NCBI GenBank assembly: GCA_047602425.1
Contig: JASGHG010000001.1
Span: forward strand, 1,984,001-2,048,000
DNA from: Nibricoccus sp.
GTDB taxonomy: Bacteria > Verrucomicrobiota > Verrucomicrobiia > Opitutales > Opitutaceae
Direction of reading: 5' to 3'
DNA: 64,000 bases
Positions 9,550 through 19,406 of this stretch are shown here, one piece after another. Positions within the stretch are counted from its first letter, which is position 1, and each line of letters opens with the position of its first letter. The position numbers and the translations under genes were made by a program. The notes under the pieces were generated by a model. The model worked only from the letters and a program-made list of their open reading frames with translations. It was not told the origin of the DNA and searched no databases.

Positions 9550-10356
9550 TTACTGAGGTCCTTCCACGTTCCCTTCCTTGTCATATTTATGCGTTCGCGT
9601 GGGATCAGCTGTGAGACGATTATTTGCGTCATACTGATAACGGGCGGTGGCTGCTGGGTTGGGCGTGCTAGCCGCATTGTACGGACTGGAACCACTCGCA
9701 ATCTCGACATAGTCGGGGTAGCCATCGTTATCGAAATCGATCGATGCAGCTGGAGACTCGATCGTGAATCTCTTTCGCACCGTAGGGGTAGAGGCCCCTG
9801 AACGATCAGTGACTATAACAACCACAAAATGCAGTCCCGTACCCAGTTCGATGGGACAACACGTGTAGCTAAAGCCTGCTCCGAGGTATCGGCTTGATGG
9901 CCCCGGGTATCCCAATGAGTTTACGGAATAGTCAGCAATATCCGGTCGGGCGAGTCCTACCGAAGGCCTTCCGACAAATATACCGTCGATGTATATTTTT
10001 ATCGAATCGACCGGTGTCCCATCATCCCGGTCGACTGCCCACCCGCCTATATTCAAAATCCCCCCCTGCAGGTAAGCCGTTTCCAACGATGCAAGGGGCG
10101 GAGAGTTCACAATCGCATGGAAATAACTTCCTTCCCTGGCTTGAAAGCCGGCCTTTAAGACAATCTGAGACGATGCAGAATACGTTACATTGGCACCGCT
10201 TTCAACAGTCACATTTGGGCCAGCCTCAATCGTCGATGGTCCTGAGACGGTCGTTGAGACCCCTGAAGAATACGTAACATCCTGTATGATTGTTTGGGCT
10301 CTGAGTCCCAACGCGGTCAACAACCAAAATAAAAGCAACAATGGAATTCGTTTCAT
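9550..10356 (-). CDS. Secreted protein: 3-coathanger-stack-like motif, Ig-like domain, DxDxDG motif and C-terminal YD repeats
   Basis: Signal peptide ending LRA-Q. IVLKAGFQAREGSYFHA. GWAVD..IYIDG..G..RPD. DFDNDGYPDYVE. Tail YQYDANNRLT..HKYDKEGN. Confidence 0.75.
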   Translation of the reverse strand: MKRIPLLLLFWLLTALGLRAQTIIQDVTYSSGVSTTVSGPSTIEAGPNVTVESGANVTYSASSQIVLKAGFQAREGSYFHAIVNSPPLASLETAYLQGGILNIGGWAVDRDDGTPVDSIKIYIDGIFVGRPSVGLARPDIADYSVNSLGYPGPSSRYLGAGFSYTCCPIELGTGLHFVVVIVTDRSGASTPTVRKRFTIESPAASIDFDNDGYPDYVEIASGSSPYNAASTPNPAATARYQYDANNRLTADPTRTHKYDKEGNVEGPQ

Positions 10357-10411
10357 ATTTTGAAAGGGCCAAGGCAGGTTAGTAATAGGTTTCTAATAAT
10401 TTTTAATTCAG

Positions 10412-11324
10412 CTAGTTACTGCTCTTGAGCCGTGTGATTTCCGTTTGTTGAGCAGCTATTTGAAAAGCTTGGGCTTCGATTTTAGATTTCTGTTCGTTAA
10501 GCTGTTTCTGCTGGTTGATGACGTGCAAAGTCAGCTCTTCAACTTTAGCCAAGAGGATCGGCCTGCATATCGCCGATGGAGACGCCGTTGGCAGCAACCT
10601 CCGTCGCCGAGGGCACGCCGGGCAAATGGCCTTGCTGCTCGATATGCCGCTCCACCTCGGCAAGCGGTGCTAACTTGTAGTCTTTGGCAAAAACGCAGTC
10701 CGACCAGTTGGTGGTTTCAACAACCACTTCTCTCGCGCGAATCCTTCCATTGACCGAAAGCTTTTCATTCGGGCTCGTCGTTCCGATACCGACATTTCCA
10801 CCAACTGCTATATGTAATCTTGAAGTTTTCGCTGAATTAAAATCCTCAACGATATCGAAGGAGTTAGAGTTCCTAGCTACGGAACCACAAGTTAGCCCCC
10901 AACTATTGCCATAGGCATTCAATGAAAGCACTGCTTCAGCCAGCACACTTTGGCTATCGTTGCGTACCGCCGCTACAACTGCACTATCTACCGTCTTCCA
11001 CAGATGCAGATCATAAATTGGTCCTACAGACCCAATGCCAATGTTGCCGTTATTATCAATCCGAAGACGGACCATTCCCGCTACATCATCATAGAATTGA
11101 AATCCTCCAGGAGTACCCACGCTTGGACCAAGTCGAAAACTGTGACCCAAAGAGTCCTGCAATTGCAGAGGGTCCGTCGCAGTATTACCGACTAGCGTCA
11201 GTCTTGCTGCAGGATTGCTAGTACCAATACCGACATTGCCTGATTCAGGCCAAGGATAAGTATTTTGAGAGTAACCAGCAGCTGAGGTCATGAGAAACGT
11301 AACAAAAGCGGCGATCTTTTTCAT
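10412..11324 (-). pseudogene. Fibre-like paralogue 9, frameshifted in the conserved C-terminal domain
   Basis: ORF 10545-11324 ends GDMQADPLG*, and the expected ILLAKVEELTLH plus coiled coil continues in another frame to 10412. The minus strand reads ATGCAGGCCGATCCTC against ATGCAGGCGATCCTC in paralogues, i.e. one extra C near 10561. Confidence 0.85.
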
Positions 11325-11338
11325 GGGGGTAATAAAAG

Positions 11339-12547
11339 CTATAATGTTTTATTCAGTTTTGTGTTTTCTGTTTTAAGAGCGGCAATTTCGGCTTGTTGGT
11401 CATTGAGACGCTTCTCTTGCTGGATCTGGCGGAGCGTCAGTTCTTCAATCTTGGCGAGGAGGATTGCTTGCATATCACCGACGGAGACGCCTTTGGCGGC
11501 GACTTCCTGCGCGGAGGGGACTCCGGGGAGGTGCCCTTGTCGTTCGATGTGTTGCTCGACTTCGCTGAGCGGTGCCAGCTTGTATTCCTTAGCGAAAACG
11601 TAGTCTGACCAATTCGTCGTCTCCACGATCACTTCCCTCGCCCGAATCCTGCCATTGACCGAAAGCTTCTCATTCGGGCTTGTCGTACCTATGCCGACGT
11701 TGCCATCGCCACGTATCACCATCTTTGAGTTTGCTGGAGCCGATCCCTTGAGTCGGAAATCGATAAATGTATTGTCACTATTATAAGTGTTAGCTATAAA
11801 AACCTTGTTAGCGGTTGGATCCTCACCAAGCCGACCCATGTAGTACGTTTGTGATCCGAACGCAATGACCTCTCCATCGGTGTCATCCCATCGCCTTACG
11901 TCCAAAATGGCGCTAGGACTTGCGGTGGCTATACCGATTTTCCCACCGCTCCCTGTAACAAACATAGCGTCATTAAGGTTAAGGATCTTGTATAGGGATT
12001 GCGTTCGATCATATGAGATCAGTCTCCCTCGATCGGCCGATGTTTGATATGTGAGCTCAACACCTCTACCAACCGAAGGCAGTCCGACCTCATCCGTAAC
12101 AGACACTGCACCTGCAATATCTAGCTTAGATCTCGGGGTAATCGTACCCACTCCGACGTCACCTGAGCCGCCCAATACAGTGATCCCTCCTCCGTATAAG
12201 TCGCCACTACTTAAGGGACCACCAAGAAAAACACGATCGTTAACCGCTCGCAATACGCCGATCCAATCCGAACCCGCCTGATTTGGGGCTAATATCCCAC
12301 TGTTACCGACAAGGATTTGCCCAGCGCCTGTGAAATTGCCACCCGGGACAAGCGCTGGATCGACATTCAGCGCAAGCGACCGTGCTGGCTGATTCACGCC
12401 TAGACGCAATGCCTTGTAGTACGAGCTATACCCAAAGTTTGTTTCCTGAATGGGAATCTGATCGGGTCCTACGTAAACCGTCTGCGCGAGAACAGACGCA
12501 ACTGCAGCAACTGCAAACAGGACTAGGATGCTAAGATTTTTTTTCAT
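11339..12547 (-). CDS. Fibre-like paralogue 8 (signal peptide, GNVGIGT modules, conserved chaperone-like C-terminus)
   Basis: Signal ending VLA-Q. Three GxVG(I/V)xT-type motifs. C-terminus KLSVNGRIRAREVIVETTNWSDYVF..HLPGVPSA..LLAKIEELTL plus coiled coil. Confidence 0.85.
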   Translation of the reverse strand: MKKNLSILVLFAVAAVASVLAQTVYVGPDQIPIQETNFGYSSYYKALRLGVNQPARSLALNVDPALVPGGNFTGAGQILVGNSGILAPNQAGSDWIGVLRAVNDRVFLGGPLSSGDLYGGGITVLGGSGDVGVGTITPRSKLDIAGAVSVTDEVGLPSVGRGVELTYQTSADRGRLISYDRTQSLYKILNLNDAMFVTGSGGKIGIATASPSAILDVRRWDDTDGEVIAFGSQTYYMGRLGEDPTANKVFIANTYNSDNTFIDFRLKGSAPANSKMVIRGDGNVGIGTTSPNEKLSVNGRIRAREVIVETTNWSDYVFAKEYKLAPLSEVEQHIERQGHLPGVPSAQEVAAKGVSVGDMQAILLAKIEELTLRQIQQEKRLNDQQAEIAALKTENTKLNKTL

Positions 12548-13539
12548 TTTTGGCCTTCTTTCTCAATTAGCTTTTGCTGAAGCCGGACATTTTCCGATTC
12601 GAGAGTTTGAACTCGTTTTTCCTGTGCAATTACGTGCAGCGTTAATTCTTCAATTTTCCCCAAGAGGATGGCTTGCATGTTGCCGACAGAGACGCCGTTG
12701 GCAGCAACCTCCTTCGCCGACGGCACGCCTGGCAAATGACCTTGCTGCTCGATATGCTGCTCCACCTCGGAAAGCGGTGCTAACTTGTAGTCCTTGGCAA
12801 AAACGCAGTCCGACCAGTTGGTGGTTTCAACAACCACTTCCTTCGCCCGAATTTTGCCATTGACCGAGAGCTTTTCGGTCGGGCTCGTCGTGCCGATGCC
12901 GACGTTGCCGGAAGCTGCCAAATATACCCTCTCGGTCCCGTCGGTAACTGGATTTCCACCCAAGGCATTGGACTGCATAAAAGCGAGATCACCGTAGGAG
13001 GTTCTGCCTTGCACGAGCGCCCAATTTCTCGAATTTGATTGTGTATAATCATTCAAAAACGCGATCCCACTTCCGCCTATACCTGACAAACCAGTATCAT
13101 GAAATGCGGTAATAATATTCTGAGATACCTTTGCCACTTCCAACGCATAACCCGGCGCTGAAGTTCCGATGCCAACATTATTGTTGGCTTTTAGCACAAT
13201 GTATCCACCCGCAGGATTATTTCGATTAAATAGGAATATATCCTCACCTGTCGTACTTCCATTAAAGATCCCGATTGCTCCACTACTGAAACCAACATTA
13301 TAGACATTTCCGCTTTGTCCTGCATAAAAATTACCGTGGTTGAAGCCCCAGTACCCCTGAGGCGCTTTCGCGATAAAGCTGATTAGCCCATTGGCTGTAA
13401 TCGTACCATTTACTTCGAGAGCTGAAGTCGGGTTCATTGTACCAATACCGACACTTCCGGACGCCGGCCAGGGAGTATTTTGTGCATAGCTGCTGACCGC
13501 GCCGATGAATGACGACAAGACTATCGATAGAATTTTCAT
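12544..13539 (-). CDS. Fibre-like paralogue 7
   Basis: SYA-QNTPWPASGSVGIGT N-terminus. Three VGIGT motifs. Same C-terminal domain. Overlaps the next gene by 4 nt. Confidence 0.85.
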   Translation of the reverse strand: MKILSIVLSSFIGAVSSYAQNTPWPASGSVGIGTMNPTSALEVNGTITANGLISFIAKAPQGYWGFNHGNFYAGQSGNVYNVGFSSGAIGIFNGSTTGEDIFLFNRNNPAGGYIVLKANNNVGIGTSAPGYALEVAKVSQNIITAFHDTGLSGIGGSGIAFLNDYTQSNSRNWALVQGRTSYGDLAFMQSNALGGNPVTDGTERVYLAASGNVGIGTTSPTEKLSVNGKIRAKEVVVETTNWSDCVFAKDYKLAPLSEVEQHIEQQGHLPGVPSAKEVAANGVSVGNMQAILLGKIEELTLHVIAQEKRVQTLESENVRLQQKLIEKEGQK

Positions 13540-13604
13540 GATGAAGAACTCGACAAGTAACGTGCGAATAATCGGGATCCAGAAACGAAAGAATTATGAC
13601 TTTG

Positions 13605-14843
13605 CTAGGGATGGGTGGATTTTAGATGGGCAATCTCGGCTTGTTGGGCGGCAATTTGCGTCTGTTGCGTATTTAGCTGCTTCTGCTGGCGGATCACGTG
13701 CAGTGTGAGCTCTTCGATTTTCGCGAGGAGGATAGCTTGCATATCGCCAATGGAGACACCGTTGGCTGCAACCTCCTTCGCTGAGGGCACGCCGGGCAAA
13801 TGACCTTGCTGTTCGATGTGCTGTTCCACCTCGGAAAGCGGTGCTAACTTGTAGTCCTTGCCAAAAATATGGTCCGACCAGTTGGTGGTTTCAACAACCA
13901 CTTCTCTTGCACGAACTCGGCCGTTGACCGAAAGTTTCTCGCTCGGATTCGTCGTACCGATACCGACGTTGCCCAAAGGATCAATGGTAGCGGCATCTAG
14001 GTTGCTATTACCGTCCGAAACACGGAACGTTATTCTCCCCTTAGTGCCGCCGGCATAAACAGAGCCGAAGTATGCGTTATCGCCACCCTCGCCGGATGCT
14101 CCCCCTCCATACGAAACAAATGCGTAGCAGTTTGAAGAATTCGGTCTTGAAACTCGCAACCCGTCAGAAAGCAATCCGGCACTATTTAAATTCTGAACAT
14201 GAAGTTTTGCTTCCGGGCTGGCGGGGCCAACGGCGAGGCTGCCCGTAGTCACGATATTTGTATTCGTTGAAGTTATGAGATTTCCAGCAATAATGTGTGC
14301 CTGCCCTCCAGCTGGAGTTTCCTCAACATTATGTATAGTAATGGCGCCTTTGCTATCTATTACACGCCACGCTACAGTCGGTGCATATTCCGACGCTCGG
14401 ATTCTAATATATACCGTACGCGGCCCGCCGGTGCTACCAACCACGCGGACTTCCCGAAGATGCTCATTGTAAGTTTGTCGCTCTACACTAAAACCCACGC
14501 GGTCATTAAAGTAGGTTCCAAAAACCTTCACTTCGGCAATTTCTTCGCTCGCATTCGAACCACTGCGAATTTGAAACCTAACGTAGTGGTTGTTAGGAAT
14601 TGTCGCTAATTTGATCCATCTTTCATCACCAATCCCGAGGGATATACTTTGCAGCGAGGAGAAATATAGTTCTCCGATTCTAAATGATCCTCCTACATGA
14701 GTGTCACCACTCACATCGAGGGTAAAATTAGGATTAGTCGTGCCAATTCCAACGTTCCCGGACGCGGGCCAAGGATACGTGTTTTGAGCATAAGTGCTGC
14801 CTGCAAAAACAAGCCCAAATATAAATGAGATGAAATATTTCAT
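13605..14843 (-). CDS. Fibre-like paralogue 6
   Basis: TYA-QNTYPWPASGNVGIGT N-terminus. Internal WIKLATI segment reminiscent of phage fibre domains. Same C-terminal domain. Confidence 0.85.
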   Translation of the reverse strand: MKYFISFIFGLVFAGSTYAQNTYPWPASGNVGIGTTNPNFTLDVSGDTHVGGSFRIGELYFSSLQSISLGIGDERWIKLATIPNNHYVRFQIRSGSNASEEIAEVKVFGTYFNDRVGFSVERQTYNEHLREVRVVGSTGGPRTVYIRIRASEYAPTVAWRVIDSKGAITIHNVEETPAGGQAHIIAGNLITSTNTNIVTTGSLAVGPASPEAKLHVQNLNSAGLLSDGLRVSRPNSSNCYAFVSYGGGASGEGGDNAYFGSVYAGGTKGRITFRVSDGNSNLDAATIDPLGNVGIGTTNPSEKLSVNGRVRAREVVVETTNWSDHIFGKDYKLAPLSEVEQHIEQQGHLPGVPSAKEVAANGVSIGDMQAILLAKIEELTLHVIRQQKQLNTQQTQIAAQQAEIAHLKSTHP

Positions 14844-14860
14844 TGATTCTGAATTTACGA

Positions 14861-16066
14861 TTACTTGGCCTGCGCTTTAAGCCGTGTATTTTCTGACTCC
14901 AAAGCTTCGATACGCTTTTCTTGTCTAATTGCGTGGAGCGTTAACTCTTCAATCTTAGCCAATAGAATCGCTTGCATTTCGCCCATCGAAACCCCTTTCT
15001 CCGCCACGTCTTTCGCCGAAGGAACGCCAGGGAGATGCTTCTCGATTATGATGTGCTGTTCAACCTCGGTCAAAGGCTGCAACTTGTACCCATCGGCAAA
15101 CACGTAGTCCGACCAATTCGTCGTCTCTACGACCACTTCTCTTGCGCGGATTCGGCCGTTGACTGACAGTTTTTCGGTTGGGCTCGTCGTACCGATGCCA
15201 ACGTTGCCACCTTCGGGATTCAATAAGAGGGAATAACTAGTTCCACTCTGCAATGTAGTATTACCTGTGGCATTATTATACAATTCCAGCGTCCCGGCTT
15301 GCGCCGCAGTTGGTGTACCGTAACCAAGTCCAGAGCCAAGTTTTCCGCTATTGGATATGGCAACGCTTCCGCAAACTTCTAATGTTTTGGATGGACTCGT
15401 CGTTCCGATGCCGACGCTGCCATTCGCATCAATACGCATACGTTCGGATATATTGACTGCGCCTCCATCAGTCGACGTTTGAACGGGCCCCGTTAAAAAC
15501 GCAATGTATCCTCCGTTGGCCTCGATTGCTGAACGTGATGCTGGAACCTCGGTGCTGGATACATAACCAATGTCCAAATGTTTTGCCTTAACGGCATAGC
15601 CAAGAAACGACGCACCAGAACTATATTGCGAACCAAGCACGAACAGCGTGCCGCTGCCATACGCACCGTAGAGATAGTCCACCCCCCAAGTGCTGTTATC
15701 ATAGCCAGCGGTAATCGGGCCAATCACATGCAACGGTGTGCGTGGGCTCGTCGTGCCAATACCGACGTTGCCGCCGCCGGGGTTAAGGCTTAACGGGTAG
15801 TACTGTACTCCGGTTTTCATCGCTTGGACGTATCCATAACCGAAGTCGGCTCGAAAACCGATTCGCGTGCCTTCTGGGCTTCCATCTCCAGGATCAGACG
15901 AAGCCGCACCACTAAAGAGACCTGAGCCGACAACCGCCAATTTCGTACTAGCTCCCGGGTTAGTCGTTCCGATACCAATGTTGCCGGAGTTCTGCCAGAG
16001 GTTTGTTTGAGCGTAGCTGGTGGTAATGACGGCGAGCGGAAAAAGGAGGACTGTGTAGATTTTCAT
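14861..16066 (-). CDS. Fibre-like paralogue 5
   Basis: SYA-QTNLWQNSGNIGIGT N-terminus. Four GIGTT motifs. Same C-terminal domain. Confidence 0.85.
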   Translation of the reverse strand: MKIYTVLLFPLAVITTSYAQTNLWQNSGNIGIGTTNPGASTKLAVVGSGLFSGAASSDPGDGSPEGTRIGFRADFGYGYVQAMKTGVQYYPLSLNPGGGNVGIGTTSPRTPLHVIGPITAGYDNSTWGVDYLYGAYGSGTLFVLGSQYSSGASFLGYAVKAKHLDIGYVSSTEVPASRSAIEANGGYIAFLTGPVQTSTDGGAVNISERMRIDANGSVGIGTTSPSKTLEVCGSVAISNSGKLGSGLGYGTPTAAQAGTLELYNNATGNTTLQSGTSYSLLLNPEGGNVGIGTTSPTEKLSVNGRIRAREVVVETTNWSDYVFADGYKLQPLTEVEQHIIIEKHLPGVPSAKDVAEKGVSMGEMQAILLAKIEELTLHAIRQEKRIEALESENTRLKAQAK

Positions 16067-16111
16067 ATGGATGTTTTAACCACTGATATTCATTGATGAA
16101 CACTGATATAG

Positions 16112-17053
16112 TTATATACTCCCGGCTTTGAGCTGGGCGTTTTCCGCTTCGAGGGCTTTGATTCGCTCGTTCTGCGATGCGAGCTGTTTCGCTTGCTGAA
16201 TTTGATGCAATGTCAGTTCCTCAATCTTCGCCAAGAGGATCGCCTGCATGTAGCCAATGGAGACGCCCTTCTCAGCCACTTCTTTCGCGGACGGAACTCC
16301 GGGAAGATGCTTCTCGGTTATGATGTGCAGCTCCACCTCGGCGAGTGACTGCACCTTATAGCCGTCGACAAACACATAATCCGCCCAGTTCGCTGTCTCC
16401 ACAATCACTTCCCTCGCGCGGATTCGGCCGTTGACTGAGAGCTTTTCCGATGGGCTCGTCGTGCCGATGCCGACGTTGCCAGTGTTGGCTTGAATTCTTA
16501 CCTTCTCGCTGCCGTCCAGATTGAACGTTATGAATCCACCAAAACCCGATGTTCCGGACTGTAGTTTTAATTCGCCGCTTTGAATATTAGCCAATAGGTT
16601 CGCCTGTATGCTTCCGTTCGTAGCGAAATTTATTCCTTTAAACTGGGAATTGTCGGTGCCGTTTAGAGTTAAAATTGGCGCAATACCCTTAACTTCCAGC
16701 AAGCTTGCCGGCGTAGTCGTGCCGATACCTATTTTACCACCGTTGGGATTTAAAAGTAGTGGATAAATTTGAGTGAGATCCGTTTGGTTTGTTACCTGCA
16801 ACGACCCTCCATCGCCGCCGTTCACGCTAAAATCAATCACGCCATTGCTACCCGCTCCCTGTAACCGAAGGATTCCAACTTGGTTTGATCCACTGCTCGC
16901 AGGAAAGCCGGTATCGCCAAGGATGTGTGTTCTCAATCCCGGGCTCACAATTCCGATGCCAATATTACCGGAGGCAGGCCATGGATAAGTGTTTTGCGCG
17001 TAGCTATTGGCTATAATGGCGAGCGAAGTGAGGAGGAGTGCAAAAGATTTCAT
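16112..17053 (-). CDS. Fibre-like paralogue 4
   Basis: Likely start MKSFALLL at 17053. SYA-QNTYPWPASGNIGIG. Same C-terminal domain but with WAD in place of WSD. Confidence 0.85.
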   Translation of the reverse strand: MKSFALLLTSLAIIANSYAQNTYPWPASGNIGIGIVSPGLRTHILGDTGFPASSGSNQVGILRLQGAGSNGVIDFSVNGGDGGSLQVTNQTDLTQIYPLLLNPNGGKIGIGTTTPASLLEVKGIAPILTLNGTDNSQFKGINFATNGSIQANLLANIQSGELKLQSGTSGFGGFITFNLDGSEKVRIQANTGNVGIGTTSPSEKLSVNGRIRAREVIVETANWADYVFVDGYKVQSLAEVELHIITEKHLPGVPSAKEVAEKGVSIGYMQAILLAKIEELTLHQIQQAKQLASQNERIKALEAENAQLKAGSI

Positions 17054-17102
17054 CGGGGCATTTTCAACCACTGATTTTCACTAACGACCATGGATATAGG
17101 TT

Positions 17103-18158
17103 TTATTGGGATCGGGCTTTGAGCTGGCTGTTCTCGGTCTTGAGCGTGGTGACTTCAGCGCGAAGAGAGGCCAGTTCTTTTTCCTGCGCTATCTGGTGCA
17201 GTGTAATCTCCTCAATCTTGGCGAGCAGGATCGCCTGCATGTCGCCGAGTGAGACGCCGTTGGCTGTCACATCCTTCGCGGATGGGACGCCAGGGAGGTG
17301 CTTCTCCATTTTAATGTGCTGCTCGACCTCTGCCAAAGGTCGCAACCTGTAGCTATCTGCGAAAACGTAATCTGACCAATTGCTCGTCTCTACGACTACT
17401 TCTCTCGCACGGATTCGGCCGTTGACCGAAAGTTTTTCCGATGGACTCGTCGTACCTATGCCAACGTTGCCGTTCGATCCTTGTATAAACATTCGAATGC
17501 TCGGAGTATAAGCTGATCCGATGGTCAGGCCGATATTCGTGCTAATCGCCAGATTTCCAGCGGAGAAACTAACCTGCCCAGAATTTGAATCTCGAGCGAT
17601 CCACCCGTTGCCCGATATGTATTCAGCATTGTGTGTTATTGCCAGTTCCCCGGAGTATCCGCTAAAATAGCCTCCACCCTGACCGCTGTTCAGGTTAACA
17701 CGCAAAGATGTACCGGTGTCGCCAGGGCTGCCATAGCATTTATCGGCATAAATCACCGGAATGTTGGTGCCCGTTGTAGGGCCAAGAATGTGCAGCGATG
17801 CTGTCGGAGCCGACGCGCCGATTCCAATACGACCAGCAGCATCAATTAATAATCTATCGGCGCAAGCAAGATTGTCAGCGAAATGCCATTTGCTTTCACC
17901 AGATCCGTCCACGTATATACCAAAGGTTCGCCCACCGACCGCTGTGTTGGAAAACTGAATCCCTGAACCCCAGCCGGGACCATTGCCGGTGAGATAAATC
18001 GCGGGAAAATTAACCGACGCCGAGTCTATATGCAAACGGCCAGAAACAGGGATGGTCGTTCCGATGCCAATATTTCCTGAATTCTGCCACAAATTGGACT
18101 GAGCATAACCAGCCGTTGTGGACGCAAAGACAATAAAATGAACCAAAGTGAATTTCAT
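17103..18158 (-). CDS. Fibre-like paralogue 3
   Basis: GYA-QSNLWQNSGNIGIGT N-terminus. Three GIG motifs. Same C-terminal domain. Confidence 0.85.
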   Translation of the reverse strand: MKFTLVHFIVFASTTAGYAQSNLWQNSGNIGIGTTIPVSGRLHIDSASVNFPAIYLTGNGPGWGSGIQFSNTAVGGRTFGIYVDGSGESKWHFADNLACADRLLIDAAGRIGIGASAPTASLHILGPTTGTNIPVIYADKCYGSPGDTGTSLRVNLNSGQGGGYFSGYSGELAITHNAEYISGNGWIARDSNSGQVSFSAGNLAISTNIGLTIGSAYTPSIRMFIQGSNGNVGIGTTSPSEKLSVNGRIRAREVVVETSNWSDYVFADSYRLRPLAEVEQHIKMEKHLPGVPSAKDVTANGVSLGDMQAILLAKIEEITLHQIAQEKELASLRAEVTTLKTENSQLKARSQ

Positions 18159-18171
18159 CGAATCATACTTG

Positions 18172-19377
18172 TCACTTAGCCGTGGTTTTTAATCGTGAAT
18201 TTTCGGTTTCGAGAACCTGGAGTTTAGCCTGCAAATCATTGATCATCTTTGCCTGCGTAAGTTGGATTTTTTCCTGCGCGATTTGATGCAGTGTTAGTTC
18301 CTCGATCTTCGCCAAGAGAATCGCCTGCATATCTCCGATGGAAACGCCCTTTTGGCCGACCTCCTGCGCGGAGGGCACGCCGGGGAGGTGCTTCTCGTTT
18401 TTGATGTGCTGCTCCACTTCAGCCAATGGTTGCAACTTGTAGCTATCGGCAAAGACATGGTCCGACCAATTGGCCGTTTCAACGACCACTTCCTTCGCCC
18501 GTATCTTGCCGTTTACGGAGAGTTTTTCCGACGGGCTCGTCGTTCCTATACCGATATTCCCACCACGGGTGATCGACAGTCTTTCTGCAAAAGTGCCGTC
18601 AGAATTAAGATCGTTTGTATATAGCCCTATCGTCGTTCCATAACCTCCATCACGACCGAATACTATACCCGCCCCCCCGCCACCACCTGATTGGTATGTG
18701 ATTCCATCCCAGCATACGTTACCGACATCTCCGTCTATTCGAATGCCATTTCCACTCAGCTGATTGATATTAGAAGGGAGTGTTGTTTGGCTACTTCCGG
18801 CGATGGTCAAACGACTGGAGGGGGCAGTAGTCCCAATCCCGACCTTTCCACCAATCGGGTTGATGACCAGGCTCTTATAGTTGTCTCCCGGCTTCACAGC
18901 TTGAATCCATGAATAACCCCCGTCGTTGATGCCTATGAGGAGCTTATTATCTGTGTTCTCGCCAGTACCCGTAGTGACCTGAAGAATCCCTTGATCAGTA
19001 ACAGATGAACTCGACCCCGTAACCGATAATTTCCCCCAAGGCGTTTTTGTTCCTATCCCTACGTTGCCGTAGTCATACATTGAAATTATCGCTTGGATAT
19101 TGCCGTCCGAATATCGCTTATTGCCTATCGTAAATGTATACCCCGTCCGGTCTGAACTGAAAATAAGTGCACCCTGATTTGGGTACTCCAAGTTCTCCAT
19201 TGTCACCCCACGATAGCTGTTGGACAGCAATCTAATTGCGGTACTATTTACGTCCAATGCATATTGAGGATTCGTAGTCCCGATGCCGACATTACCTGCA
19301 TTCTCCCACAGGTTGGTTTGCGTGTAACCAGCAACGGTAACCATAATAATACAGAGTAATGCAATGATGGATCTCAT
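18172..19377 (-). CDS. Fibre-like paralogue 2
   Basis: GYT-QTNLWENAGNVGIGT N-terminus. Four GIGT motifs. Same C-terminal domain. Confidence 0.85.
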   Translation of the reverse strand: MRSIIALLCIIMVTVAGYTQTNLWENAGNVGIGTTNPQYALDVNSTAIRLLSNSYRGVTMENLEYPNQGALIFSSDRTGYTFTIGNKRYSDGNIQAIISMYDYGNVGIGTKTPWGKLSVTGSSSSVTDQGILQVTTGTGENTDNKLLIGINDGGYSWIQAVKPGDNYKSLVINPIGGKVGIGTTAPSSRLTIAGSSQTTLPSNINQLSGNGIRIDGDVGNVCWDGITYQSGGGGGAGIVFGRDGGYGTTIGLYTNDLNSDGTFAERLSITRGGNIGIGTTSPSEKLSVNGKIRAKEVVVETANWSDHVFADSYKLQPLAEVEQHIKNEKHLPGVPSAQEVGQKGVSIGDMQAILLAKIEELTLHQIAQEKIQLTQAKMINDLQAKLQVLETENSRLKTTAK

Positions 19378-19406
19378 TATTTTATGAAGTTAAATCTAGA
19401 ATAGAC

